Below are positions 1 to 14,959 of a stretch of 64,000 nt of DNA, in pieces. Every line of letters starts with the position of its first letter. The stretch's first letter is position 1. Source of the stretch: Epithemia pelagica (taxonomy: Eukaryota > Protista > Bacillariophyta); contig OX337235.1 in NCBI GenBank assembly GCA_946965045.2, forward strand, positions 124,001-188,000, in the 5' to 3' direction. A model generated the notes under the pieces. That model did not search any database. It saw nothing but the letters and a program-made list of their open reading frames with translations, and was not told the DNA's origin. Made by a program: the position numbers and the translations under genes.

Positions 1-1122
1 CGGTGGAATTTCGTCGGCGGCGGTCTTCCCATCCAGATCGAAGTCAAACTTGCGAGGCTCTGCTTCGTCCGTTTGTTGGGTTGCTGCGTCCGGCGTTGCC
101 TCTGTCGTCGGTTTTGGTATGGCCTGGTGCCATTGTTGGGCTTGGATTGGGTAGGTTGTTTCGTCGTTCTCTCCCTCGTCATCGGATATCACCATTGACG
201 GCATGGCTTGATGCTGTAATAATGGGTCTTTGTCGTAGTCGCGGTCGCGCTCAGTCCCACATTCTTTACAGTAGGCATGGTACTGTTTGTACCCACTCGC
301 GAGATGGAACGTAGCCACATTATTGCCGTGTGTATCTATTTGGATCGTCCTTCGTGACTGACGGTCGTTCCAGAATAGTACTACTTCTGTGCCTGTGGTC
401 ATTTCGCCCGCCCCTCCGCGCTTTTCACTACTTTTCCGAGTCTGCGCCCAGTGTTGCGGGCTCAGTAGTCGGACCTTACCTTCTGGGACATAGTACGAGT
501 TGGGAATCACCATCGTATGGATCTTCCCTTGGTCATCCTCCCAGTCCCAGTGAATGGTGCCCGTCCACACTTCATAAGTTTTCGCACCTCCAAAACCTTT
601 GATTGCTTTGTTGCACTGCTTCAAGGCTCCAGGTATGTCGCTTCGAACGTGGGTGATGCATCCCGAACACCTGTTGTCGATGCCAATCATCGTTGAGTCT
701 GAGTCGAATGGGTGGCAGTTGGTTGCCGCGGCGCATCTGGCTGCCATGGCCATGATTGCAGCGCTGCATATCATCTTTCGCGCCCTTCTTCTTCGCCATG
801 GTCTCACTTTCTTCCTTTGCTTCGTGTCTAGGAATTTCGTGTCTACCCAGTTTGCTGTGCTTTCGACTGTCTCATTGGTCATCGTGATGGCGTGGTGCAT
901 CCAATCCTTCTTGTTCGTCGTCGACTCGTGTTCCTCCCCCTGGTGGAGAACGACTATGATGAGCTTTATCGCTGCTTCTATCATGGTTGTCGTTCGTTTT
1001 AGGAATTGGACAAGAGTCCATAACCACAGGTAAGTGATTATTTCTTCGAGGGAGAGAGTGGTGTACATGTACAAGATCAGAGTTACTAACGTTGTTACTG
1101 TTTTCCACCCTCTCCATAAGAG
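1..1122 (-). CDS. Retrotransposon Pol, N-terminal part with aspartic protease (not in the ORF track; open to the window edge)
   Basis: Hand translation from 1122 down to 1 gives 374 stop-free codons. It includes PFDSDSTMIGIDNRCSGCITH...IKGFGG...WEDDQGKIHTMVIPNSYYVPEGKVRLLSPQHWAQ, typical of diatom copia protease regions. Confidence 0.88.
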
Positions 1123-2517
1123 TCACGATTCGTAATCAGAGTCCTCCTGCTCGTCCTCCATGCTCTCGACCAGTGTCTCATGCGCCACTGCCATCTTCAG
1201 AGCTTCTTTCTTCTTCTTTTCTTCTTTTGCGTCCGTTTTCGGTGCTGGTTTCGCATACCCTTTACAATCCGCCGGCTTGTGGGTCCTCCACTTGCCACCA
1301 CATTTGCCGCCTGTGGCTTCATCGCACCAGTACCACTTGGTACCATTCCATGTGCGGTACTTTGTCAGGCTTTCTTGTTTTGGCTTCGTGTGGTCCTTGA
1401 GCCAACCTGGTTGCTCGGGTTTTTGCTTGGTGTTCTCCGGTTTTGCTTTGGTGCCTTTCTTGTGGACTCCCTCTTTTCCTTTTGCCTTGTCCGCGTTGTT
1501 CTTGCTGGACTGCTTTTTGAGGTGGAGTACCTCGGCCTGGAGGGCTAATACCTCCTTTTGGTGCTGGGTTGGTTGCTCCCATTCGTCGCGCGTCACTTGT
1601 TTCTTGTAGAAGTTGACGGCGCGAACCATCAATTCGTTTGCGCTCGTGATGACATTTGAACCGTCTTCATGGCCGTCTTCAATCTTTTGGATATAATCCT
1701 GAAAACGGTCGTCCTTGACGGCTTTGTAGCCTTTAAACAAGTTAACGATTAGGTCTAGTGATGTATGTCCTCTGGATGCCAATCCGTCAACTTGACTCTG
1801 CACGTAGGCGTTGAATGCGACGATATCAGACCCGTTCGTCTCGATGTAGCGATCGAGGTTTGTTAGGTTCAGTCGCAACGTAGTGGCAGTCGCGTTAGAG
1901 TCAAGGTAACTCTCGCGAATCACGACCTTGAAGAGGCATCCTCCTGCATCTTCCCCATTCACCTTGGTATCATTCGTCCAAATTTGGATACGTTGAATAC
2001 CGGTTGGTGAGAGTGAGTTCATGATTAAGTCATGAAGCATCTTGGAGTTCTGCGAGTTCCTGGTGTTCTGTCCGATGAATGTCGTTTCGTAGGCCTTGAT
2101 TTCCTCCAACGTCAAGCGTCCATAATCCGTGATCATGTTGACAGCTGGCGGTGCGACTCCGCCTGGAGGTGCCGGAACTGTTACCATGCAGTTGGCTCCG
2201 TTCTCGAGCATTCCGAGGTCGCGAGCCCGCGTATGGAGTAGGTTCACGAATAGTTGGAACCTGCCTGGCTCTACATCAAACTTCTCGTCGGTCGAGAATA
2301 AGGATCTCGTTGCCTGTTCGTAGTACTTCCTGCCTTCTTTCGTGCCAAAATCCAGGGTGTTTGCAATCCCAGCTCGTAAGGAAGTACGGAGGAATGGTCC
2401 TGCAGCTGGTGCTCCTGGCCCGGCAGCTGCTTGCGCTATTGCGTTCTGGATCGCAGCGGATGCATTGTTCAGGGCTTGAACGAGTGCTTGGACGTCTACT
2501 CCAGCTGCGTCTCCCAT
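1123..2517 (-). CDS. Retrotransposon Gag
   Basis: Long ORF, first ATG at 2517 (MGDAAGV...). C-terminal WNGTKWYWC...CGGKWRTH...C knuckle-like motif is characteristic of diatom copia Gag. Confidence 0.85.
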   Translation of the reverse strand: MGDAAGVDVQALVQALNNASAAIQNAIAQAAAGPGAPAAGPFLRTSLRAGIANTLDFGTKEGRKYYEQATRSLFSTDEKFDVEPGRFQLFVNLLHTRARDLGMLENGANCMVTVPAPPGGVAPPAVNMITDYGRLTLEEIKAYETTFIGQNTRNSQNSKMLHDLIMNSLSPTGIQRIQIWTNDTKVNGEDAGGCLFKVVIRESYLDSNATATTLRLNLTNLDRYIETNGSDIVAFNAYVQSQVDGLASRGHTSLDLIVNLFKGYKAVKDDRFQDYIQKIEDGHEDGSNVITSANELMVRAVNFYKKQVTRDEWEQPTQHQKEVLALQAEVLHLKKQSSKNNADKAKGKEGVHKKGTKAKPENTKQKPEQPGWLKDHTKPKQESLTKYRTWNGTKWYWCDEATGGKCGGKWRTHKPADCKGYAKPAPKTDAKEEKKKKEALKMAVAHETLVESMEDEQEDSDYES

Positions 2518-2569
2518 GTTCTCTTGCTCTCCTGAAAGTAGTTCACGGCACAAATCGGTGAGTTTTTCT

Positions 2570-2838
2570 TATGAAAGGTCACAGTTATCGCGCAGAGGAA
2601 GCGTGTTGTTTTAACCGTGATCACTGCCGATTAAAAGGGCCAACTAGTTTCGTAAAAGGGGATTGAGTAAATTATAGGTATGGTCATGTTACGCTATGGG
2701 TGCAAATGGTGCTGACGTATGAGGGTCGTCAGTGAATAGTGTCCAGTGGTGACGTGGGTCATGGGGGAAGCCCTTACGCACGGGAGATGTCCCCCCCTGG
2801 TTCCGAATGCGCCAGGCGGCGAAGGGGATCTTTCAACA
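2570..2838 (-). repeat. Putative 5' LTR (~270 bp)
   Basis: Minus strand begins TGTTGAAAGATC and ends ...GACCTTTCA(TA), an imperfect terminal inverted repeat, just upstream of gag. The second LTR is outside the window and no canonical TGG PBS was seen. Confidence 0.4.
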
Positions 2839-3231
2839 AGTAGGAGAGAAGAGCATGGACCATGACGGTAATCCTCCTCTACAACCAAGTCCTGATGCGA
2901 TTCACCATGTCTCGTAAAACCTAGAGTGGTCCACTACGCAAATGGTTTTCCGGGAAAGCAGGTCATTGTAACCAAAAGCTAGTAGAGACACGGACAACCC
3001 CAACATGACCACCACCATGAGACAGCCGCCACGAAACAAATCATAATGATCCGAGAAGGGCGTCGTGTCAGTGCGATTCGATATGCGAGACAGAGGATTG
3101 GCGCCAACCACTACTCCATAGCAAGGAGGAGGAGGAGGAGGATTCTCAGTGTGGCGGTTTGTTCGAGGTTCTCCATCCCCAAAGCTCACGATTTTAGGGT
3201 CGCAGTCGTTCGACCATGAGACTCTTCCCCT

Positions 3232-6061
3232 TTGGTAAAGAACGCGACCGGAGCCGAAATTACCCATGCCGATTTGAATGGTACGTGTTTCTATTATACT
3301 CTAGCTTGGTGGTGGTTGCTGTTGCTGTGGTGGACGAACAAGGAGTTTCTCACCCATTATTGTGTGTGTGACTCTTTCCTTCCAGGCACGTCGTGGGTCA
3401 ATCCCGGCGAGACGAATTGTTTTGATGGCGTGGACGATGATGGCAATGGGTACGTGGACGATTGTCACGGGTACAATTTTGTCGAGCGCAGTGGCAATGT
3501 GGCCAATGGCGATGGGAGTCATGGAACGCATGTGGCCGGAACCATTGCGGCCAAGATCAACAATGGCGTGGGCGTGGCCGGAGTGGCCGGTGGCAATTGG
3601 CAAGCCGGCTTGCCCGGAGTCTCCCTCATGCATGGAGTCGTCTTTGGGGTCGATTCCAGTGGGACCCCGAGTCAAGCCGGCTTTGCCGAATCCCTCGTCT
3701 ATGCGGCCAACAATGGAGCGCACATTAGTTCCAATTCCTGGGGCAAAAATACTCACAACATTTTTGATTTGCCCGTGTTGGATGCCATTGATTATTGCAA
3801 ACACATGGGCATGATTGTCGTGTTTGCCGCGGGCAATTCCGATACCGAAGAGCCGTCCTATCCCGGCTTTTATCCACCCACCATTGCCGTGGGCGCCACC
3901 GACAGTCGCAAGGAGGCCACCTCCTTTACCAATTACGGTACCTGGCTCGATATTTCGGCACCAGGAGCCAACATTTCGTCGACCGTCCTCAATGGTGCCT
4001 ATGCCAAATATTCCGGAACCAGCATGGCCTGTCCCCAAGTTTCGGCCGTCTTGGCCTTGGGATGGGCCATGAAACCTCATGCGATGGCCGACGAACTCCA
4101 ATCCTGTCTGTATCAAACGGCCGACCGGTTGGACAAGTATCAAAATATACGCAAGGCCAAGGTCAAGGGCAAATTGGGAGCCGGGTTGGTGGATGCCTAT
4201 GAATTTTTAAAATGTGTCTCGTACCCCGAAGGAACGTGTGGCAATGGCAAACTCGACAATGACGCCTTGGAAGAATGCGATGACAATGATTTTGCCGTCA
4301 ATGATACGTGTCAAACACGCGGATATTTCCATGGCGGCAACTTGACCTGTCGGTCGGACTGTACCGTGAGTACCTACCATTGTTTCAAAAAGGTGGACAC
4401 GACGGGATGGTTGAGTTTGGGTCAAAATGAAATTTCGCAATGAAGGAGAGTTTGTCGTGGATTGGCCGGCCAATGTCGTCTACTTTGAATTAACGTCCTT
4501 GCAAGGCGATGCCGATTTGTTTGTCCATCGCGATACCGTCGCGCCCGATCGAGGGACAGATGTTCGACCGGCTCTGGGCCTGAACGATTGCGATTCGCGT
4601 CGGGCCCGAACGTCGGAAGAAGTGTGCACGTTTTATCAACAAAATGCCATGGGGACCTACCAGTATTTGATTCATGGATGGACCCGCGCCAACAATCAAG
4701 TCGATCGAGCCGAATTGGCCGTCTTGACCAATGGCAATCCACCCAACGTCTTGACGGACCCCATTACCAAAACCTTGACACCGGGTCCGACCCCGACCCC
4801 CGTGTGTGGAGATGGCAAAGTGCAAGGATCGGAACTCTGCGATGGCAAGGATTTTGGGAGTTTGACCTGTGCCAGTTATCAATTTCCCACCTCCTTGGAT
4901 GGATCGTCGTTGCGGGGTGATTTGACGTGTGATTCCTCCTGTTCCATTGACAGTGCCCATACCGGTTGTCTCAAATCCTTGCTCCGACTCATCAACTTTT
5001 CCATCACCAACGGGCAATCCCACAGCGAAACGGTCACGGCCAATTTCGGGGGAATGACCGTCCTTCGATTCGAAACGCGAGGAGGATCGCATGGGAGCAT
5101 TGGCGACGTGGATTTATACGTCAAGCAAGGCAGTGCTCCCACATTGACCGATTATGACTGCAAGTCGACCGGCCGTGGCAACAATGAAGCCTGTACCTTT
5201 CATGAATCGGGCACATACCACATTTTGTTGTACGCCGCGGGAAATATAGATGTGGCGGGTTTGGACGTGTTGGTCCTGACCGATGGCACTCCCCCGGCCG
5301 GAACACCCACCTTGGCACCCGTCACGCCACCCACACCCACACCGGAACCCACCATGGCACGCGTGTGTGGCGATGGGATTCTGCAACCAGATGTGGGAGA
5401 AGTGTGCGATACCAAATCCTTTGCCACGACGTGCGAAAATCAAGGCTACCTGTTTGGAGGACAGTTGCAATGTGCCTCCGATTGCCTGAGCTTTGATACC
5501 TTTAACTGTCTCAAAGTGTTGCACCAAGTCTCGTTCCAATGGGCAACGGCGGGCACAAGTATTACGGGAAGTTACCCGTTGGATCACGCGGCAGATGTCG
5601 TGGAGGTGCGAATCATTGGGGGGTTGGGCGATGCCGATTTGTATGTGCAATGGGGCAACACTCCACTGACCCTGACCACCTACGATTGCATGTCGGATTC
5701 CGCGTCGAATTTTGAAACCTGTACCTTTTACAAGCCCCCGGTAGGGGAGACGGTGTATTTCATGATGTACGCGTACGCTACCTTCAAAGGGGCGAGTCTG
5801 GTCGTATTGGGCGACGGCGATGCCCCCACTCCGGCTCCCACCATTTCTCCGACATCACTGCCAACGATCGAAGCCACTACACCACGTCCGACCGACAGTC
5901 CGACCAAAAGCAACAATGGAAAGGATGATGGAAAGAACAAAATTCGACGAAACTTGCGCGCCACGGCGTACCGACGAGGATCTGCGCCACTCAGTGCTCC
6001 TGTATCTGCTCCGGGCCGACTGGCTCTCAAAGGACAGACATTGAACCAACAGAGTAGATAG
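3232..6061 (+). pseudogene. S8 subtilisin-like protease with three Cys-rich (CGDG..E.CD) + PPC modules; 5'-incomplete and frameshifted near 4440
   Basis: HGTHVAGTIAA (His), VVFAAGN (oxyanion) and GTSMACPQV (Ser) motifs. Intron 3281-3385 (gtacgt...tccag). Three GDADL(F/Y)V / GDVDLYV...DC...E.CTF PPC-like repeats. No signal peptide, prodomain or intact DTG upstream. The frame changes between ORFs 3232-4443 and 4427-6061. Confidence 0.75.
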
Positions 6062-6737
6062 CAGTGACCAAAAAGTCATAAACCCGTTAGAAAGAAAGCT
6101 TAGATGAAATTGATGCATAATCGTACGTTCAGGATGAGTCAACCGAAAAGATGGGTGTAGCATCTACTTGCATAGGCAATCTCCGCTTGTGTTGGGTGGA
6201 TGAATCAAAAGAATAGATTCTAAACCTTCCTTCTATCCACTTGATGTGATTGGATCTTTGATCTCGACATCCTGGGCATTTTTCGCGATTCCCTCTTGTA
6301 GAGATTTTGTTTGTTGTGACCGAGTCTCCAATTTCGAAGGAAATGGTGGATCGCCTGGCGCACGGGGCGTCACACTCGACTTTTGAACTGGTGCGAGTCT
6401 GCCAGACATGAGCGCCCGGCGAGTGACGTGTTCTGGAGCTCAATGTCAGTCGCACACATGCAATAAGCTACCTAGGAGTCTAGATGTACTCCTAGCAGTA
6501 TGTCTGATGCAGGTTGGTATGCCTAGAAACAAAAAAAAAGCTCCATGTTTTATTGTCCACAGTATCTATTCTTTGGTTCAGGACTTTTGTGTGATTTATG
6601 ATAGAGGATTTATGATATAGGAAGTGTCTTCCAATGTGTGTCAGTCTTTATAGTGTGTGTAGGGTGTGTGTGGTTTCTTTGGTGTGTGTGTGTGGGACGA
6701 TCCGTTTGTGACTCCCGGCTTTGGGGGGAAGTCCTCA

Positions 6738-9208
<2,471 letters not shown>

Positions 9209-9889
9209 GGTTTCTCGTTATGTGTGGATTCCTCCCTTTTTTTTATTATTATTATATGATTATGATTTGTGGAGATTCCTCCAAGGATGGTTGGCCCGAG
9301 GTTGATTCCTCTCTTGCTTTGCTGTGTTGCTGTCGTCGTCGGGAAATTGCAAAATGTGATGACACACGACCATCACACCCAAAACTCAAAAAAGCCGATC
9401 CTGCACGTGATTGAAGATTTGATCTTGATGTGGGTATATGGTATATGTGGCGGAAGATTTCTCACTGTTGATGGATATGGATGGCACGAGACCCACGACA
9501 CGGGATGCGAGACACCAAACACATGTCCCATCACCGATCCACCAATCACAATCGGGTCATTGAGGTGAGATCACACCGTTGAACAATGACATAGATAGGA
9601 CATGTCATGCGACGACATTGAATCTTGGGACGTGGTCGCCATCATCCCAGGCTTCGACCTATCCGCGACTCTAAAGCGAATAAGAAATCGACTGATTAAG
9701 GACAGACGAGACTACCCAAACAAGTCAATCGCCATCCGCCTAGAATCGAAGTCGCAAAACGCGCTAGTTCCGGAATACGACGATTCCTTGGTCCTTGGTG
9801 TCATTGTCTATATACTATATATAGGTATGTTATGTTTAGGTATCCATCCAGTGGAGAGAAACGACCATTCAGAGTCGAGTCTCTGTTTA

Positions 9890-12800
9890 TTAGGCCGCCG
9901 TTTCGTCTTGTTGCTGTTGTTGTTGCTGTTCCGCTTCTTGCAATTGGGCAAAATGTTGCGCCACCCAGGCCAATTTTTGCACCGCCACGGCATCTTGGGC
10001 CACGACACGACTGGATTCTTGCAAATACTGCGACAGTGCATCACAGCCCAAGGCAATGCGCACAATGGCATGCGACTCGGCCACATTGACCGGTTGACCC
10101 AAATTCACGGGAGCTCGCAACATGTCGTTCAAGGCCGTCGTGTCGTCGTCATTCGACGACAAGGAGGCATAGGGGGACAAGTCGAGACTCATGTATCGGT
10201 ACACGGTCCGCAATTCCGACATGTTCAACCACTCGTCCGAATTGCCAGGACGATGCAATCGAATACTAATAATACTGCCATTGACGGCCCAGGCCTGCAA
10301 CCACGGCGCTTGGTCGTCAATCAGGCCTGTCACGGTCGTGGCCCACGAAGAAATGGCGTCTTGTCGGACGGCATCGTCGGAGGCCACCTCCCGCAAGTGT
10401 TCCAATTCGGCCAAGCCCGCCTCCCAACGCAAGGCCAACCCGACATTGTTGCTTTGATACATGGTATCGGCATCGGCATCGTCGTCGTACGAACGAATCA
10501 ACAAGGGTTTCCAACACGACAAGCAGTCGGGCAATTCCTTGTCCGTGACAAAGCCACCCAACCCAAAGGGACTCAACATGGTTTCGGCCTCCCACGGAGC
10601 CATGTTCACCTTCCGCAACTTGGCGGCCAAACCCTTGGGAAGAATCACGGCACCGCAAACTGACCAAATACCAAACAGAAGAACAAAAGAACAAAATAAC
10701 AACAACAACAAGAAAACGAAACAAGTGTCAGGACCTGCATGTCAGTGTGACACACACCAACACTACACAGTTGCCCCTCCTCTCACACGTACAGGGCGGT
10801 GCTTGATAAAACTTGCTCCCGGTAAACAAGACAAGGGATTCTTGCTCCAGCCACGAATGCAATTCCTCCAACGAAAAACGTCCTTGACAGGCATCCACAA
10901 CACCCAGGACGGGACCATGTTCCTCGTCCAACGTACTCCCAGGCATGACGGCATCGCACAATCCCGTCTTGCCCCCAAAGACACCATGAACAATCCACGT
11001 CGTTGTGTTCTTGTCCTTGTTGTTGTTGGCATGTTCTTGCATGTGTTGCATCGTGACTTTGTGGGCATCAATGGGCGTTCCCGATGGATCGCGTGCGGGG
11101 ATTTCAATCCGTTGCACGTTCAATTCGGGGATGTCCCCAAACCCTTGCAATGTCTTGCTGCTTCCAGTCGTTTCCAATTGGCCTCGCAGGGGGGCATGGG
11201 TCGAAAAGTATTCGCCCTTGGCGGCGGGGGACGAACCCGCCCCAATTTCGTGGAGTTGGGTCACGACATTGACAATGTTTTGCGAGGCTTGGGGAAACAA
11301 GGTTCGGGCAATCACCAAGGGAACATATTCGGCATCGGAACCAGATGGTACCAAGACAATTTCCGTTCCGGCGGGCAATTCCAAGGCCTGGGCCAACCGA
11401 GTACGTTGCTCTTCAAAAATCAATCCCAATTCATGGGCGACCGAAGCATGGGACACTTCGGAACTGGCCCTGTCGGGATCCACGAGCATTTGGTTGGAAT
11501 CCTCGTTCGTATCATTGTTGTCCAATTTTAGAATGCGCTGCAAGAGTTGATGGGCCGCGTGATAGCCTCGTTTCGTGGGGGCATTGCAGGTACAACTCCC
11601 GCGAAAAATGGCATGGTCCGCCACGGGTTGGGGCCGAATGTGATACTTGTTGGTTTTCGTCGTGGCATGAATCCGGCATCGATCGTCGCCTCCGGCCGTC
11701 AAGGTGGCCTCCAAGGGTGTGTAGCCACAATCGAGGGCTTGTTGAATGGCCTCGTCGCGCATCAAGTGACTCGCGTCCATGGGGGAAGGCGCCGCGGTAA
11801 AAAAGGAACGACGATTCCTGTGTGGATCCACGGCTGTTCGGGTCGTCGAACGGTGCAGTGCCGCGCGGGTCGAAAAGGACCGTTTGGTCGTTGTCGAGTT
11901 GGTGGCGTCTGTCGTCGATTGAGTCCAGGTGGAAAAGGCCGCCGCTGGCGTGGACGACTTTTTTTGAAAGGCATGGGTCAAGAGATTCGTATTGCCCAAT
12001 CCGGTACGGGTATAGGCTTGACTTTCCCAGGCGGCACCACCGGCACGACATCCACCATCCCAGGGATTCACAACATGACTCATGTTGGGATAAAAGTCGT
12101 CAAACAATTTGCGATAATAGACTTCTTCCTTGGTTTGGGGTGGATTCAAGGGATAGGTCGTAGCCGCCTGTTCCAATTCGGCGTCCGTCACCAAACTCGA
12201 CACTTGCGTTTGCAACTGTGAGACCCAATCTTCTCCGACACCTTCGCATTGCATGGCCTTGGCGCGCCACAGAACGGCCGACGGAATGGAATGCCCATTG
12301 GCATTGGGATCTTGAAACAATTGACGGAGCATGGTTTTTTCCCGTCCCGGTGCATTGTTGGCCACAGCCTCGCGATGCACCATTTTGCGCGCGGGATCGA
12401 CACTCATGGCGAGTGCGGTAAAGGCGGTATCCAAAAAGGGCACGCGGGCTTCCAATCCATGCGCCATGGTCATGCGATCGGTCCGATGCAAATTAATATC
12501 ACCGAGTTTGGCATAAATGCGCTTCAATTCCGTCTGCACTTGCTCTGGCGTCGTGGCATCCATAAAATACAAGTATCCGGCAAACAATTCATCGGCGCCT
12601 TCGCCTGTCAAGACCATCTTGACATCGGCCCCGGCGCGTTCGGCCAGCAGCCAATTGGGAATGGAACTGCGAATCAATTCGGCTTCGTACGTTTCCATGT
12701 GATAGATAATTTTGGGAATCAAATCAAACACTTCCTGACCGGTAAAAATGCGCGGACGATGATCGACATGCTTGGATCCGCCCAAGGCCTGGACCATGGC

Positions 12801-13868
12801 CTTGGCCGCCATTAAATCGGGCGAATCTTCCATGCCGACAGTAAAACAGGGAATGGGTCGATCGTCGCCCGTCGCCTGTCGATACAAGGGCATCAAGGCG
12901 TGACTCACAATGCAAGAATCGACGCCGCCCGAGAGAAAAAAGCCATAGTCGACATCGGCCATCATGCGTTTTTGAATCGCCTTGGAAAAGGCGGTGCGCA
13001 ATTCGTCGTCCGTAGGTTGCGGAACGGCTGGTTGATACGTGTCGTCCAACAACCAGGCCGGTTCATAATAGCGTTGCAAGCCGTGGTCCGGCGACCAGTA
13101 ATGACCGGCTGGCAAGGCCGTGACAGTCTCGGCTTGGACATGACCGACCAAGGCCTTGAGTTCGGACGCAAAGACATGAGCTTGTCCATTGGGTGTCGTG
13201 CCATAGTACAAGGGTTTGATGCCGACCGGATCGCGGGCACAAAACAAGCGAGCCGTTGGTGGTGCTTGTGTTGTTGCCGATTGTTGGACCATTAATACGG
13301 TAAAGGCAAACATGCCATCGAGCATGCGCGTGGCCTGTTCCGGTCCGACACAGGCACAAGCATGGGCAATGACTTCACAATCCGAGTGCGATTGACGGGG
13401 ATACGTCCATCCATGATCTTGAACCAATTGGTCGTAGACGGCCTCGTGATTGTAAATTTCGCCATTGGCCACGAGACGGACCGTTGTATCACCAAAGGTC
13501 AAGACAAACGGCATGTCGGCTTGGGCATTGGTCGGATCCACAATGGCCAAGCGTTGATGGCCCATGGCCCATTGTGCAGTGCTGGTCGTCGACGTAAAGA
13601 TGGAACCTCGGGCCGTGTGACGGCCATCCGGTCCCCGATGATACAATTTGGCCGTCGTTTGATCCAACGTGCTTTCATCGATCAAGAGGGGAATGCCACT
13701 ACTCGTATTGGTCGATGAATTGGTCGTGGTCCAAATGTTATCGACAGCGGCCACAAAGCCACATCGTCGCTTGGCAATGCCCGACAAGAGGGGATTCTTG
13801 GATCGAGCCAACGATACTGTCGATGACGACAAGAAGGATCGAGGACGGTTCCAACAACGACTCCACAT
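9890..13868 (-). CDS. asnB: Glutamine-hydrolysing asparagine synthetase fused to a C-terminal PLP-dependent transferase-like domain; exons 13868-10793 and 10659-9890
   Basis: GATase-II motifs CGF...HRGPD, HQRLAIVD, NGEIYNH, RDPVGIKPLY. Synthetase motifs FLSGGVDS, LTGEGADELFAGY, DRMTMAHGLEARVPFLD. Then PSGSDAE, VVDACQGRF and FTGSKFYQAPP|FCGAV. Intron 10792-10660. Confidence 0.9.
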
Positions 13869-14959
13869 GATGATGATGATACTGATTCTTCAATTCCTTT
13901 CTCTAGAGCTAGAGGTAGATTTTCAGTATCTAGAGAGGCAGTCGTTCGTGGAGCTTTTCGATATAGAAGAAAAGACAGAGAGAGAGAGAGAGAGACAGAG
14001 AGAGACAGAGAGAGAGTCTCAAGTCTCTTCTTCCTTCTCCTGCGTTGGTCCAGTAGTGGGTGGAATACACAAAAGTCCACACACCAACACAAGACAATCA
14101 AAAAGAGTTGACGTTTGTCGATTTGTGTGAGGGCAACTTGACAGGATGGATCGGCGGCACACTCGAATCTTCTCTTGGTCTTGGACGGTCTCGTCTGTCC
14201 GTATCCGGTCGCTGGAATCTTTCCCACTGCAGTTGCAACACGGCAGTACGTCATTTCTCTGGATCGGACGTCAGGGTCCTTGTGGTGCTCCATAGTATGT
14301 CTGATACATGTCTCTGCGACAATTATCCGACATATCAAAACTTGGGGGAAGACTTCACCTCTTGGGGAAGATTTGCTTCCGAATGGCAAGCACGCGCGGA
14401 AAGTCGCACAAGGTAGGTCGGTGTCATCAATCGTCAAGACAACACAAGCATAATCAATGGGGACCGAGATACACGACGTCTGCCATTCTTTGCTCCTCTC
14501 GTGTTCCTCCACCATTCCTCCTTGAGCAGCGTCTGATCCCGAGGACTTGTGTCCACAGCGATCGGCCGGGTTCTTTGGAAACTTGCGCGTGTTGGAACAC
14601 TCCACCGACCACACGACAATCGTTGTACCTCCAACTCTACGCAGCTGAAGCATCCGCAACAGAAAGCACAAGAGAGAGGCCCATCCTTGATCTCGTAGAT
14701 ACGGCGTCATTGCAAGATATCTCACCGCCATCTCACTACCGCGGTAGACCTCAGAAACGACCCATTTGACCGACCACACAATGTCCTCATTCACAGGCCA
14801 AGTCGGAGTGGCAAACACCAATAAGGAGACTCTGTGCTTTTTGCAGTATGATCACGAAAAAGATACGAGGCGCATGTCATGTAGTTTATGTGCGATCAAC
14901 GTACGGACGACAGACACGCTACCATTCGTCGTTTGGTCTGTGTTCACCAAAAAGGGTGA

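Larger units (their letters stand above)
1..2838 (-). mobile_element. Ty1/copia (CoDi-like) LTR retrotransposon, 5' part; continues off the left edge
   Basis: Gag ORF followed by an in-frame pol ORF with a protease motif. A putative LTR start TGTTGAAAGATC lies at 2838 on the minus strand. The right boundary is tentative. Confidence 0.85.

Noticed and set aside
3195-3250. RVAVV...CGACC...CGACC as a split catalytic DTG with a 5-bp TSD
   Set aside because: Removing the intervening ~35 nt does not restore the frame or the Asp; probably coincidence.
9602-13718. Long plus-strand ORFs (9602-10663, 10461-11531, 11547-12221 and others)
   Set aside because: Antisense shadows of the asparagine synthetase fusion gene; no independent motifs.
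14100-14350. Possible decayed Kelch 3' fragment
   Set aside because: Only weak, patchy similarity by eye; cannot be supported.
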